A DNA stretch of 63,808 bases, counting the filler, from Collodictyon triciliatum (lineage: Eukaryota): assembly GCA_043381765.1 (NCBI GenBank). It is 5 parts of 5 records of this genome, joined end to end, with 100 filler letters (N's around TTAATTAATTAA, not from the genome) between each part and the next. Parts side by side here need not be neighbours in the genome. Positions count along the whole stretch, not along the records: positions 26,610 to 39,806 come from JBHJMP010002026.1; positions 39,907 to 53,086 come from JBHJMP010002030.1; 3 more parts are not named here. One strand, given 5' to 3'. Position 1 is the first letter of the stretch. Each line of letters opens with the position of its first letter. The notes beneath the pieces were generated by a model that worked only from the letters and a program-made list of their open reading frames with translations, was not told the DNA's origin and made no database searches. The position numbers and the translations under genes were made by a program. Below are positions 26,963-44,343 of the stretch, piece by piece.

Positions 26963-29900
26963 ACCTCTGATCTGGCATAAATTTCTTCTTTTTCAGCTGA
27001 TATATGAGGCAGATGAGTAGTTTTTTTTTTTTAGAATATACAGCATAATTGGGATATGCAATGATGATGAATAATATGTTTTGAACGAATCAAATAAAAA
27101 CAGCGGCTGATAGTGATGTAAATTTGCATTTAAAATATACGAAAAATTGTAAAGAAACGGGAAAAAATACTACTAAAAACCTGATATTGACACCACTGGA
27201 GTAGTCTCTTCAAAGTGTCTCACAAGATTGGAAAGGAAAGTAGCATAGGAACCAGGCTGTCCCTTTGGAGAAGAGTATTGAAATTTTAGAGTAGCAGTGA
27301 CAAATTTTAAAAAAGACTTGAATCGAAAAGAACAAAACATTATTTAAAAAAATCAGAAAAGCTTTAATACTAACTTAAATAAAACGTGTGGCTAGAATAA
27401 AAAAAAAAAAAAGAGAGTGTGTGTGTGGCAATAAAGATGATGAATACAAATTGGCTTCGACTTTTTTATGTATTATCTTCATTTTATCGTGTTTTTTTTC
27501 TTTTGTGTTTGTGTGTATTATACATTATCGTTCTGGTATGTGTCCTGCGACTCTGCATCCAACATCTTTGAGACAGAGTTTGTTCGTTTGAGGGTTTCAG
27601 GTAATTTTCCTCGGACTGACAAACGACTAGACATCTGAGTTTGTGTCTGTGTAGTTGCCAGGTCAAGGTATGTATTCGTATTCTCACTAGAAAGTTTGAA
27701 TATGCCATTATACGTGAGTGTCATATATATAAAGTTATATGAGTATATTACTTTCGTTCTTTTTTTTTATTGTGTGTCAATCAGACACCTATTTATTCCT
27801 AGTATGTCTTGGTAAATAATATGTGAGTTATTACGTTGATTTCTCTGGGGTCGTCTGGGCTGTTGATGCATCTAATTTTAAACGCAATAAGATTTCAAAT
27901 ATAAGCTGAGCTTTGGATCCAGACAAATAAAATAAAACAAAAGATTTTATGCCGAAAATTATACGTGAACTTGATTTAAATTGCTCTAATCGGGAGCGCG
28001 GATCCAAAAAGGTTTCCAACAGCAACTTCGAAAGAAAAAATGAAGAAAAGGTCATACTGAGTATTGCAATTACTTGAATGTATCTTTTCAAGAAGGCGAC
28101 ATTTTCTAAATGCAGCGTACGAATAATATGACTATGCGATAAAATGACATACTTCTTTCTTCTTTCCTGGGGCCACGGTAATTGGAGTTTCTGTCTGAGG
28201 CAGTGATTCGCGGTAAAACTATTGCAATGTGTGTTAATTTATTAAACTTTTTGTTTCATTCGTTCTAGACCTCTATAGAAAATACGCGAAAATATATTCT
28301 TGGTATTTCCAAAATGAAAATATACTTTGATATCATCCTGGTCGCTGCATGAGAACAGAAGCTCGATATTCTCATGAGTTGAATTTCTTACTTCAAAACA
28401 CCTCAACTATATTGCATTTTAAAAAAAAAACAAAATTCAATGTTGGTCATGAAAATGGAAGGGGGTGCCCCCAGTTTTTGATAATACTAATAATAAACAA
28501 AATAATGCATAATGTTAATATACACGTACAATAATGGAAGTAGTTACATACCGATGAGCTTGAGACAACGACTCTCCCAAAGCTGATTGCATCAGTGCTT
28601 ACAGTAAAAAATTGAGAGTAGTGAATAGTGTCCAATCTTTCAACGTTTCGAGAGCGAACCGTGATTGTTATTTCATTCTGCTTGTTAAAGTTATTCACCA
28701 GAATCATGGATTTCCTAGAATTCAATCGTGAAGAATATTATAAATTAGGTGATATTTACTTTTTATGTATTTATTTATGCATTTATTTTCCTTACTAATA
28801 GCGTTTGAATTAGAATTATCTAAGTTAAAGGTAAGCTTTTTGGCGATAATAATGTTTCATCAGAACATTTACTTGTAGTCGTTGTTGACCTTTCGAGGCG
28901 CACAACTAATTTTGAGAACTGTTTGACCTTTTGGTGGTATATATATTTTGGTATCACCCACACAACTGTATGTGAATAAATAGTTTTCAGTCGTCAAAGA
29001 GGTACTAAAAAAAAAAAATACGAAACCCTTTAAAATCGAATAATCCTGATTGTGAACATAAAAATCGAATTATAGTACCTCAGTATTTTGGAGTCCAACT
29101 CCAGATTGATGTTCGCAGGTAAATCGGATGAATTTGAAATTTGAATTGAACCAATCTACTCGGACAAAGGAAGGTAAAGCGTAATTACTATTCTTATTCC
29201 ACGAAATAAGCAAATAATTTTAGTATAAACTAAAGCGTCAAATAAAACGAAAAAAAAAATACTTTGACATCTCCCAAGATGCATGGTCCTAGATTAATTT
29301 CTGTTCCTGAAACTTTGATATGGGACGTACACACTCTTGCCTTAGCTGTTTCATGTATGAGTGAGTACCAATCACGTTAGGTAATTAATACGATATATAC
29401 AAATATATCAGTTAAGACGTCATTACTGAATAGAATTTTGAAGTTGTGTTTGAAAATTTAATGATTATAAATGAGATATGTTGTCCAGGGGATTCTGCTT
29501 TCAAGAGAAACTGGGTGTGATATAGAAAAGGGGTGTATCAAAGCTAAATACTTCAGCTACTTACATGTAATTGAGCGAACGTATATGAGGTCTTTCAGTT
29601 GACCACGAACATTACTACACTTGATATCAATTCGAAAATTTCGGCGAATTAATCGATAAGCCCTATTGAAGGATAAAAGGAGCCGAAAGTTAAAAGAAAA
29701 AACGCAAGATTTAAATTAATTTTAGTGATAGATCTTATATTTAGCATAATAATACAAATAAGCATGAGGAATTATTCGAATAAAGGAAAAAAAGCATGAG
29801 GAATTATTGTAACATTATATGCAGAAGAATACTTTGCATCCGAGAGGTTGGGGTCTCTTGATGGGGTAAACCAAACTTTGACGAGTCTCTCACTCCCAGG

Positions 29901-32900
29901 GTAAAGGGTTAAATCCTCCATGTGGTTATGTCTTACAGAGCTCTTGAGGATCTCCTTGGAAAAAAAAATAATAGAGTTGCCCACTTAAAAAAAATTCTGA
30001 TAAACTATTATCAGATTTTGTGTAAAAATAAAATAAAAATTAATACGAGCTCTCCCTTTGACGAAGGTGTTAAGTTGTCCCCCTGCAATGTCCATCATGT
30101 TTTGAAGGAGGGAGAAAAATTACAGCGAGAAAGTGGCGTTTTTGATAGAATCAAAGTGAACGTAGATACTACTGTCTGACTTCTAAAGTAACAATATTTT
30201 TGTCGCATGAATATAAGGATAAATTGTAACTAAAGATGTGTCCAAATCGATTTCAGCTGATTCTGGTCTCTTTTTAGTACTTTCGACGTCGACTTCGTAA
30301 TGCCAGTCGAACTTTATCTATGATTTTATATAATATATCAAGAATTTATGCGCTTAGATTTTTCCCTTCATTTGATTCAAAGTATAGGAGGGTAAACCCA
30401 TAGATGAAATATGCGTAGATATGAAGGTATATGACTAGTATAATATGGTCAAAATCATGAAAAGTGAACTTCATCCGGGCGATTGGAGATGAAATTCAGA
30501 TCAATTGCTTCTCTCGACAGATTTTGCACTATGAGAAACAAGGTGGTATGTATATTCAATGAGCTTGTCATGTATTCACTTGTCCATTGCTATTTTGTTA
30601 TATTTTTATTTTGAATGATGAACTAGAACGTTTGATGTAAAATATTTGAATACCTTTTATGATCTGGTGATAGGGCATATCTGTGTAACAATCACCAAAA
30701 TCCAATGACTCGCAATTCAGACCAAGCACACCCTTATGGGAAAAGAACATGATTGCACATTAAAGTCAAATGAATGAGTTTTAAAATTTTACTGACGGTG
30801 CACTGATGGATTGCGATCCTCACAAAAAAAAAACCATGGGATGAAAAGTTCTATTTTGGTTTTTTTTTTTTTTTTTAGAGGTCTACCTTTTTTTTTTTTT
30901 TTGAGAGGTCTACCTTATGTATGCTTTCCAGGACGTGAGAAAATATTCTACACACGCACGTGTTCTTCTCATCATTATTGTTCATTATATGTACTGGAAT
31001 GAGCTGCTCTCCAGATCTCTTGGGCTGAAATGTCACACTAAAATTTGTGTAACATTTTCATACAATTATATATAATATAATCTCATCAATGAATAAATAT
31101 CAAGAAAGGAAAAAGGCTTCTTTTGTATTCTCATGTTCGTATATGAGCATCACAAAATGTTAGAAAAAGAAAGTTACTATCATGCAAATGGTTACATATA
31201 TCATATCACTAACTAAAATAAATTACTACCGAATTTTCATGGGAGAGTAAGCAGGAACGATAGCCCTGGTCACTATGGAAAAAGATAATGTAACATTTAA
31301 TGATCAGAGCACGGGTGACATGGACGTTCAATATAAATTGTATATGTGTTAATAAAAAAAAAATATTCAAAAATTTTTTATAGTGTCATACTTGATAAAC
31401 CAGTTTCGAAATTCTTGAATGAAAGCGTGTAGCTGGATTGGTCGTACGCCTATGACAGAAAGAAGTTGGGGGAGTTTACCAAACTTGAAATTCGTGATAT
31501 GAAATAAGTGCCCATAAACATTAGTTGGAGGTATGAAAGGATTCGTCTTTGTGAATGAAACGAGGATGCTATGAAAGTGGTGCAATTACTGGAAGGACAA
31601 TGGAGAAATTTAGTGGAATCTGAGAAGCGTTCCACACTGTAAAATCTCTAACAAAAGAACCCCCAGTATGACATTCTTCAAATAAAATGTCTTCAACATC
31701 CACACGTAGCTCAGATCGACATATACGCGCATGAAAAGGTATCTCATACTATTCATGCATTTGTAAATGAGAGATGCATAGAACAGATTTATAAATAAAT
31801 GTAAATTTTTTTATTTGTATATATATATATTTAAATAAAAGTATTTATTGATTAAAAATCAAGATGAAGAGCAGTATTTTTGGGAGGAAAACAATTTCAA
31901 ATATTATAAAAAGTAATGAATAACATGTAATCTATGAATGGGTAACTATAACTTCATTCTGAAACTGTTAAAAAAAATTAAAAAAACGCAAGGAAACGGT
32001 AGTAGCCCTCGTTTCTTAGCTGCTATATTGTCTGCATATGGAAAAAAATATGAGAATAATTGAAATAAAAGAACTAATATTTACCTTGTAATCTGGCTTC
32101 AAGACAGAGACAAGAACTGCTCCTTGTATTTCGATGAAATGGTGTCTAGATCGCGTTTCCTCCTCACCCTCACGAGATTGTTGTTGTCCCTGCAGGCGAA
32201 AATATAGGGTTTGCAATCAAAGAAATATAAAAAAACATACAACATAAAAAAAGAAAGCAAGGTAAAGAAAACAATATTACAAGCTAAATGATCTACAAAA
32301 AATACAAAATATAAAAGGTAAATATATTTCATAGATTTGGTTGATGTTTTCCCCTTATGCTTTCCTGATCTTTCATATTGAAATGTGTACATGAGTTAGG
32401 GCAGATATACGAGATGGGTCTGGCTTGAATTGAAGAGTGACTCGGCCTTTCGAGAAAGCTTCAAGTTGCATTTCGTTAGAACGTTCCACTAGGTTGAAAA
32501 GCTGGGGGATGGCAGCATGAGTTAAGTTAGATGACTATAGTTTTCTGGGGTCAGATGTCTTAAATTGTGATATGCATGTTCACGCACGCAGCTATATGTA
32601 CATCGGAGAATGTATCACCTCATTGTAGTCCTCAGGTGAGTCAAACTCATTGATATTTTCGTTTTCAAACTGGAAAGTGATCTATTGCGCAAAATAGTAT
32701 GTATGTATGTATATATGAGTGTCAAGCATGTATCTTTCAGGCACGAAAAGAGAAAAAAAAAGTCGACTCTTGAATAAGTTGAATGGTATACTTCGCGGCT
32801 TTCACAAATTGGGCTTTCAGAAAAGGATATTGAATGAGTACTACGGAAAACACATGCACGCACTTACCTCATGGCCGAGTGAGGACTCAAACCGCACACA

Positions 32901-33272
32901 ACAGTCTAAGGCTGCAGCATTCTCGATCTCAAAGGGAAAAAGGGCATGCGTCCCGTTGATCACCACATCCCCAACGTCAATGCCCCTCTGCAGAGACGGA
33001 ATCAGTATGGGCCCTGATCGATCCACGTGAGGCGGCCTGGTCTCCTTTGCTTCGCTGCTTGGCCCAGAAAGCTCCTCGACGGCAGAAAAGCGGGGAGGCT
33101 TCACACTCTCAGGATCGGCTGGTTGCCTTGAGGGGGAAGTCTCCATCTAGCAGGACATGGCAGCAATAAAGTCAGCCTCTTTGAGGAGCGCACAAAGGTA
33201 TGCCACGTGTCCAATCCCTGTGTCTGGCTGCGCGAACGGATGCATCGCTGATTGGTCACGACTCTTGGGCAT
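26963..33272 (-). CDS. Large uncharacterised protein with tandem ASH/PapD-like Ig-fold modules (3' truncated; start 33272 or 33146)
   Basis: Many small exons repeat a module: IDVGDVVING..FEIEN; CRSELRVDVEDILFEECHTGGSFVRDFTVWNASQIP; SLDFGDCYTDMPYHQII; CTSHIKVSGTEINLGPCILG..ISNSSDLPA; DAISFGRVVV. Confidence 0.65.
29777..29792 (+). mobile_element. Ultra-short retroposon 3' end (CGAATAAAGG-A tail) with 16-bp TSD
   Basis: AGCATGAGGAATTATT at 29761-29776 and 29793-29808 flanks the insert. Confidence 0.75.
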
Positions 33273-33538
33273 TGCGGAAGGGCGAGCGTTTAACGCAGCG
33301 GGCAGTGATTGTTTATGAGTCAAATGCCGGAGAAGCAGACACAGACACAGACACAGACACAGACACAGACACCCGGAAAAGTGGGCGGAAGGGCACCGCG
33401 GGAGTCTTTGCAAGTTCTGCGCTGGGTGGATGCGAGAGGAGGAAGCCAAAAAATATATAAGAAAAAAAATGGAAGGGGTGGGAAAAAGAAGAAAAAAGAC
33501 TGGAGCCGCAGTGGGGGAAAGAGAGGCGTTCTAGGCGC

Positions 33539-39035
<5,497 letters not shown>

Positions 39036-39806
39036 GGCTAAAGTGGTGTTTGTAAGTCAGAGAATATTTAGAGGAGACAATAAGGTTGACAAGTGCAGCT
39101 ACAAGAGAGCAGAAAGAAAGCTGCTAGATTAGTCGCCTCTGGCTCTTCGTCACTTTTCTTTTCTTTTTTCTTTGTCTTTTTCAGAGAGGTCTCCTACCCC
39201 GGCGAGAGTGGTAGAAGAGGATGGGAAAGCCGAAAAAATAATTATTCAAGAATTCGATAGCTGAGTTGTCAGTTTGATCGACCAAATATGACGAATGTGT
39301 GACCGTGTGAGTAAAGTTGGATGAGTTAGTTGAGCCTGTGCAGTCATCTCCTTCTATCTCAGGTTTACGAGTTACGCATAGTGCGCAACCTGGTGGTTTG
39401 TGCTTTGTCAAGGCGGTTTAAAGAGGGATACGAAAAGAGCAGAAGAAGCAGCCCGCGTGAACGCTACAGTCATTTGCTTCGATCTTGTGAGGACATCAAC
39501 CAGCTTGGTTTCATGGTTTGCTGAATCGCGTTGCTAGATCTCGGTCTGTGTCTATTGATCCCAATGAAGCACACAGCCACAACCTTTGATGCGATGGCTT
39601 TGGGCTTTTTTGGCTTTGTTCCTGGCTTTAGCAGGGGTTAGTTTGAGGGCGCTATGCACTGTTAAAAATAGCGGCTTTTTCGGAGAGTTTCAATGCATAT
39701 CTACAAATTTAGAAGGAGTGGTCTTTCTTGTTTTTTTGTTTTTTTTTTCGCTTTTGTTCTCTATTTCCTTGCGTCGCTGATGGTTCCACGAATGAGTCGT
39801 GATGCG

Positions 39807-39906
39807 NNNNNNNNNNNNNNNNNNNNNNNNNNNNNNNNNNNNNNNNNNNNTTAATTAATTAANNNNNNNNNNNNNNNNNNNNNNNNNNNNNNNNNNNNNN
39901 NNNNNN
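39807..39906. other. Artificial contig spacer
   Basis: 44N-TTAATTAATTAA-44N. Confidence 0.97.
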
Positions 39907-39987
39907 TTTATGTTTTTTTATGTTTTTTTATGTTTTTTTATGTTTTTTTATGTTTTTTTTTACGCTTCTTAGCGCACGTTTAAGAAC

Positions 39988-42524
39988 TTACTCGCTGTAG
40001 CAGAGGCTGACCGCGAAAGTGGTTGCTGATCGGGATTCTTGAATGCCTTCACAGGGGTTGAACTTTTCATTTTTGAGCAGCCCACCAGAATCTCTCCCCT
40101 CTGTATTACAACACTCTTCCGTTGCCTCGGCTGGACTCCTCTCGCTTACCTGTACTCTCTGACAGCTCCTTCCTGGTATTTTTTTCCTTTTCTTAACGTG
40201 CCTGTATCCCATTGACGTGATTAGGAAAGGAGAGGGAAACAGGGTGTTGGAAAGTGCCCCGGCTGCACAGTTTTCTGCTGGCGCTGGCCTGAGATCGCTC
40301 GCTTCGAAATAGCTTTTACAACAAAAAAAAAATAAGAGTATGGGAGCAATGACAGACAGAAAGCAAAAGGAACGGCACCATGTCCCCACACCCGACACGT
40401 TCGGGAGACTTTGAGCCATCTGCCTGTTTTGGGACTCTACTTTGAGGCAGCGGCGGACGGTGTTTGCGGCTTGGATTCATGAAGCCGGAGTAGCAGCAAA
40501 CAAAAATAATTCTTTACCCACAAACACCCACCAGATCCAAATGCGGAGAGCCCAACGGTTCTGCGTGATTTATCCATCTCTGGAATTTTTTATTCTTCCT
40601 TTCAATTATCCATCTCTGGAATTTATTCGAACAGAACAGGGTGTTTTAGCTGTGCGTGGGCGGCAGATACTGTCTTTCAGGCGGGACTGGTCTGCGGATT
40701 CTCTCCTGCCTGGCCACAAGAATCAGCTTCTCGTAGCGCGTAAGTGCCTTTGTTTTTCTCTGGTAGCTGGTGTCGTCTTTGGCCTGAGCACACTCAGAAA
40801 TGGCTCTCTTCAAAGACATTGCTACGGTATTCGGCAAAAATGTCATTAAAGTTTGTTTGGGTGAAGTCGAAGCGCGGCTTACGGGCAAAGTTACCTTCGC
40901 GCTCTGATATGATGATAATCTGGACAAGCTGGCTCTCATCAAGCTCCTCCAGATGCTCTTGCAAATGTTTTGCACAATATGAGAGTGGCTTGGGTATGAT
41001 CCCTTTGCACCTTCGTTGCTTTTCCCAAGAGACGGGCTATATGCAAACAGATAGTGCCTCTTTTTATGATGCGCCCACAGGCACAGCCCTGTGATGATTT
41101 CTATCTTGGCATCCGTGTGTCCAAGCCCATAGTTTTACAAGATATAAGAAAAAATAAATTTGTTTTTCTATGAACATACTTGCTCATGCTTACATCTTGT
41201 ATATTCCGAGCTATGGTCAAGGTACAGGTGATTGTAACAGTAACTCGTCGAGCCAAACTCTTTCAGCACCGGATTTCTGCATGGCGCATTTGTGCGTGCG
41301 TTTTTCCCCAAACACAAATCATGTAGCTGTTGAATATTGTAATTGCTTAATATATATGTATATACAGACTAATAAAAACAGGTGAAAGGCATACTACCTC
41401 GGTTTTTGATACTAGGTGAATATCCGAGGGGATTGGGTTCGCGAGGCGGTCTTTTGTTTTCCTTTGTTTGGTGTCTTGGCTGTATGATGACTCACTACCT
41501 TGATTTGAATGACTCGTAATGAAACCTTGCGAGGATGTTTGAAAATCATGGCTCGTAGCATGAGAGAAATGTCCAATTGATTCCGAAGCATTACAGCTCT
41601 CATCCAACTTCATGTCATACTCTGCATAAGATTGGACCAATCCCCTCTCTCTCTCATCTGAGAAAAAATCCAGTCGTTGATGGGGCCATGTGTTCTGGAA
41701 CTGGCGCTCATAAGAGCAACCAGAATCAGGTATGAATCCTGTGCCTTTGGCCAATCCTCCTCTGCTTGATTCATGAATAAAAGGAGAATTCATGGGTGCC
41801 AATGGAGACGGTGAATCTGTGGGAAAACAGAAGCGCGGGTGTGGCGCACGGAATCCTCCTCTCTGTCGCTCTCCTCCAGGTGTCATTTGACCCCAATTCG
41901 CATCTGCTTCCACAGAATTGTTATATATCTCTTCCTCATCTCCTATTTCCTTCTCAGGAGTCTTTTGTGGGGAACTTTCTTCATTTCCCATCCTTCTTTT
42001 GATTAATATGAGGATGAATATGACCGAATAAATCATAGGATTCTTTCTGAAAAAAAAAATTCTCTTTTCAATTTGTGGAAAATAAGGCATTATTCTCTTA
42101 ATTTTGAAATCGCTTTCATATCAATTATAAAACTGTACTCATTCAAGATTACTTAAAATTACTTTGCAATTAACCCTGTAATTATTTAGGGACAAAAATA
42201 TCCCGCTCGCTGGGTACATGCAGTATGTTATGTTTATTTGGTTTTATGGTTTTATGGTTTTATGGTTTTATGGTTTTATGGTTTTATGGTTTTATGGTTT
42301 TATGGTTTTATGGTTTTATGGTTTTATGGTTTTATGGTTTTATGGTTTTTGACTAATCGAGGACGTATATTAAGTTAAAGTAACCTTCGATCTGGAGACT
42401 TCGCCCGGGCCATTAAATGCAAATTGTTCTTGCAAATCACACCTAAATGTAATAACTTTTAAATACGAGATAATCGATTGTCGGGTAATCGACATGGCTC
42501 ACCTTTTGATAACATCTCGCACAT
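39988..42524 (-). CDS. zf-C3Hc3H (KANSL2/INO80D-type zinc finger) protein; both ends uncertain
   Basis: Exons 41180-41326 and 40895-41036 splice in phase 0 to CLGKNARTNAPCRNPVLKEFGSTSYCYNHLYLDHSSEYTRCKHEQPVSWEKQRRCKGIIPKPLSYCAKH, i.e. two C-C-C-H units. Preceded by a large disordered exon (about 41398-41995). Confidence 0.6.
42240..42348. repeat. (GGTTTTAT)n microsatellite
   Basis: Visible directly. Confidence 0.95.
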
Positions 42525-42742
42525 CCTAAACGACAGAATTATTGCTTATTGAGATAATGACATTCACTCCGACTACGTCGGATATATATTTCCCTTTCCG
42601 AAATCAAGCACGTGTGATCTGGCTACCAATTTGGTGTGGCTCTACGATGTACGCATCATTATTTTCGCGCACCAAAACGAATGAATGGTACACCTATTGA
42701 ATATTCGGAAAAGGTGGCAATTATTAATGGCTGAATGTGGTC

Positions 42743-42835
42743 TTCTCCTCGTGTTTTCTCTCTACTATGCGCACCTATCTCGCCCCTTGTACAGCATGAC
42801 CTCGCTACACTTTGAATCGAATAAAGGGGAAAAGC
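42743..42835 (+). mobile_element. 5'-truncated non-LTR retroposon 3' fragment, copy A
   Basis: Ends CACTTTGAATCGAATAAAGGGGAAAAG. Flanked by CTGAATGTGGTC (42731-42742) and CTGAATGAGGTC (42836-42847). Confidence 0.75.
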
Positions 42836-43075
42836 CTGAATGAGGTCCAAAGAGTAATTGCTTCATCAGTCGCAATCGTATCCATGTTTTCATGAGCTCG
42901 TGGGTAATTAATCAAGTGGGGTTTACATTCATAATTATGCTCATGCTCACTCCTTTGCATTCCAATGCCCAGAAATACAATATCTTGAAAATTCAGTTTG
43001 ATGTGTGTCGTGCTTGAAGAATGCTTCAAACTGATTACGCAAACATCTTTTTTGCTCTTTAATGTACGTAATACT

Positions 43076-43170
43076 ATGATGATTATTATGATGATTATTA
43101 TGATGATTATTATGATGATTATTATGATGATTATTATGATGATTATTATGATGATTATTATGATGATTAT
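43076..43170. repeat. (ATGATGATTATT)n minisatellite
   Basis: Visible directly. Confidence 0.95.
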
Positions 43171-43210
43171 CATTATAGTCATTATTATTGGTGAATTATT
43201 ATTTTATCTT

Positions 43211-43329
43211 TTTTTTTCCTTTATTTGGTTCAAAGTGCAGCGAGGTTATGCCATACATAGGGGCGAGATAGGTGTGCGTGGTAGAGAGCAAACGCGAGTA
43301 GGAGAAGACACTGCTGTGGAGAGGCTAGC
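43211..43329 (-). mobile_element. 5'-truncated non-LTR retroposon 3' fragment, copy B
   Basis: Reverse complement aligns with copy A over about 95 bp and has an A tail. Perfect 17-bp TSD AATTATTATTTTATCTT at 43194-43210 and 43330-43346. Confidence 0.8.
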
Positions 43330-43879
43330 AATTATTATTTTATCTTATTTGTTTGCTTTGAAATTTCATCGGATGGTTTGTTTTTTTTCCTTGCAAAATT
43401 TTGTTGTTTGTTTGAGCTAAGCTAAGGGCAAAGATATCTAATGCGCAATTCCATATCGATTAGCTTCACAGCCCATGCCATTTCGCATCGGCCTTGTTTT
43501 CAAATCCCGAGGAAAAGTGTGTCTGCGCCCTTTGTAACGCATGTCCTCCTTTGTGAAAACAAACTAGAGAATGGTCGTCAATAACTTTTCTAAGTGTGGA
43601 ATTTATTATAATACCGATTTTTTTCCTATATATATGCGTTTGCAAACGAAAAAAATCTACAAGCACATTATGCATATACATTAGCATGTTGTACTGGATA
43701 GACCACACTGGTGTGCATGTTTAAATGTTCAAATTTAAAACTTGGCATCAGGGAAGATGACATTACGGCTATAGCACCCATAACACCGTTTGATTTTATA
43801 CAACATAGGCATTTGACAAAAAACTTCCGATTCCTATTACGATTTGTCACTGCGTATTAATAGGACAGAACCAACATCA

Positions 43880-44045
43880 TGCCCCCAATCGGTAATCCAT
43901 CTGTGAATCGCCCAGTCAGGTGTGGTTCGCGCGCCCTTAAGCGAAGCCGGCCAATAGGGAAGCCGCGCGAAGGCCCAGCCACAGCACCAGGCGGAGGCAT
44001 AAAAGCTGCGTCCTCGGTTGCTGCAATGCCACCCGATTGGCGGCG
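43880..44045 (+). promoter_or_regulatory. GC-rich putative promoter of the LRR-TRP gene with three CCAAT boxes
   Basis: CCAAT at 43885 and 43951, ATTGG at 44036, CATAAAA at 43998; 300-460 bp upstream of ATG 44344. Confidence 0.35.
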
Positions 44046-44343
44046 AGCCTGCCGAAACACTATTGCAAAGCACCTGATCCACAGTCACGAGAGCCAGGAG
44101 GACAAACACATAGTAGCTGTTGTTCCAGACACGAGCATGATCCTTGGGCGGTGCAGAGCGGAGCGCGAAGACCTGGGCTGCACATCACTGACATCCCCAT
44201 CACCTGTAGCTTAAGTACCCAGGAAAGAGCAAAAGTCGCCACCAGAGGAGAAAAGAGAAGAAAGGAAGAGAGACAGACAAAGAGACCCGCCCAAGTAGCT
44301 TGTCAATCCTTGCAAGGAGGCCTGTCTGCGCTTCTCTCCCGGG

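Noticed and set aside
40570-40624. 19-bp direct repeat TTATCCATCTCTGGAATTT around a 17-bp insert
   Set aside because: TSD-like, but the insert lacks the family's CGAATAAAGG end and cannot be assigned.
41010-41090. SWIM-like CACGRIIKRGTICLH on the minus strand suggesting a MULE transposase
   Set aside because: Preceded by a stop, lies mostly in the intron of the zf-C3Hc3H gene, and no DDE domain is nearby.
41974-41991. MGNEES N-myristoylation motif
   Set aside because: In-frame upstream exons (about 42385-42524) are plausible, so this Met may be internal.
42743-43329. MITE with terminal inverted repeats
   Set aside because: Each arm has its own TSD and A tail, so these are two independent retroposon insertions.
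42840-43850. Possible hAT transposase remnants (KCLCC...FKFEHLNMH; DEAITLW)
   Set aside because: Similarity is too short and weak; no TIRs or 8-bp TSD found.
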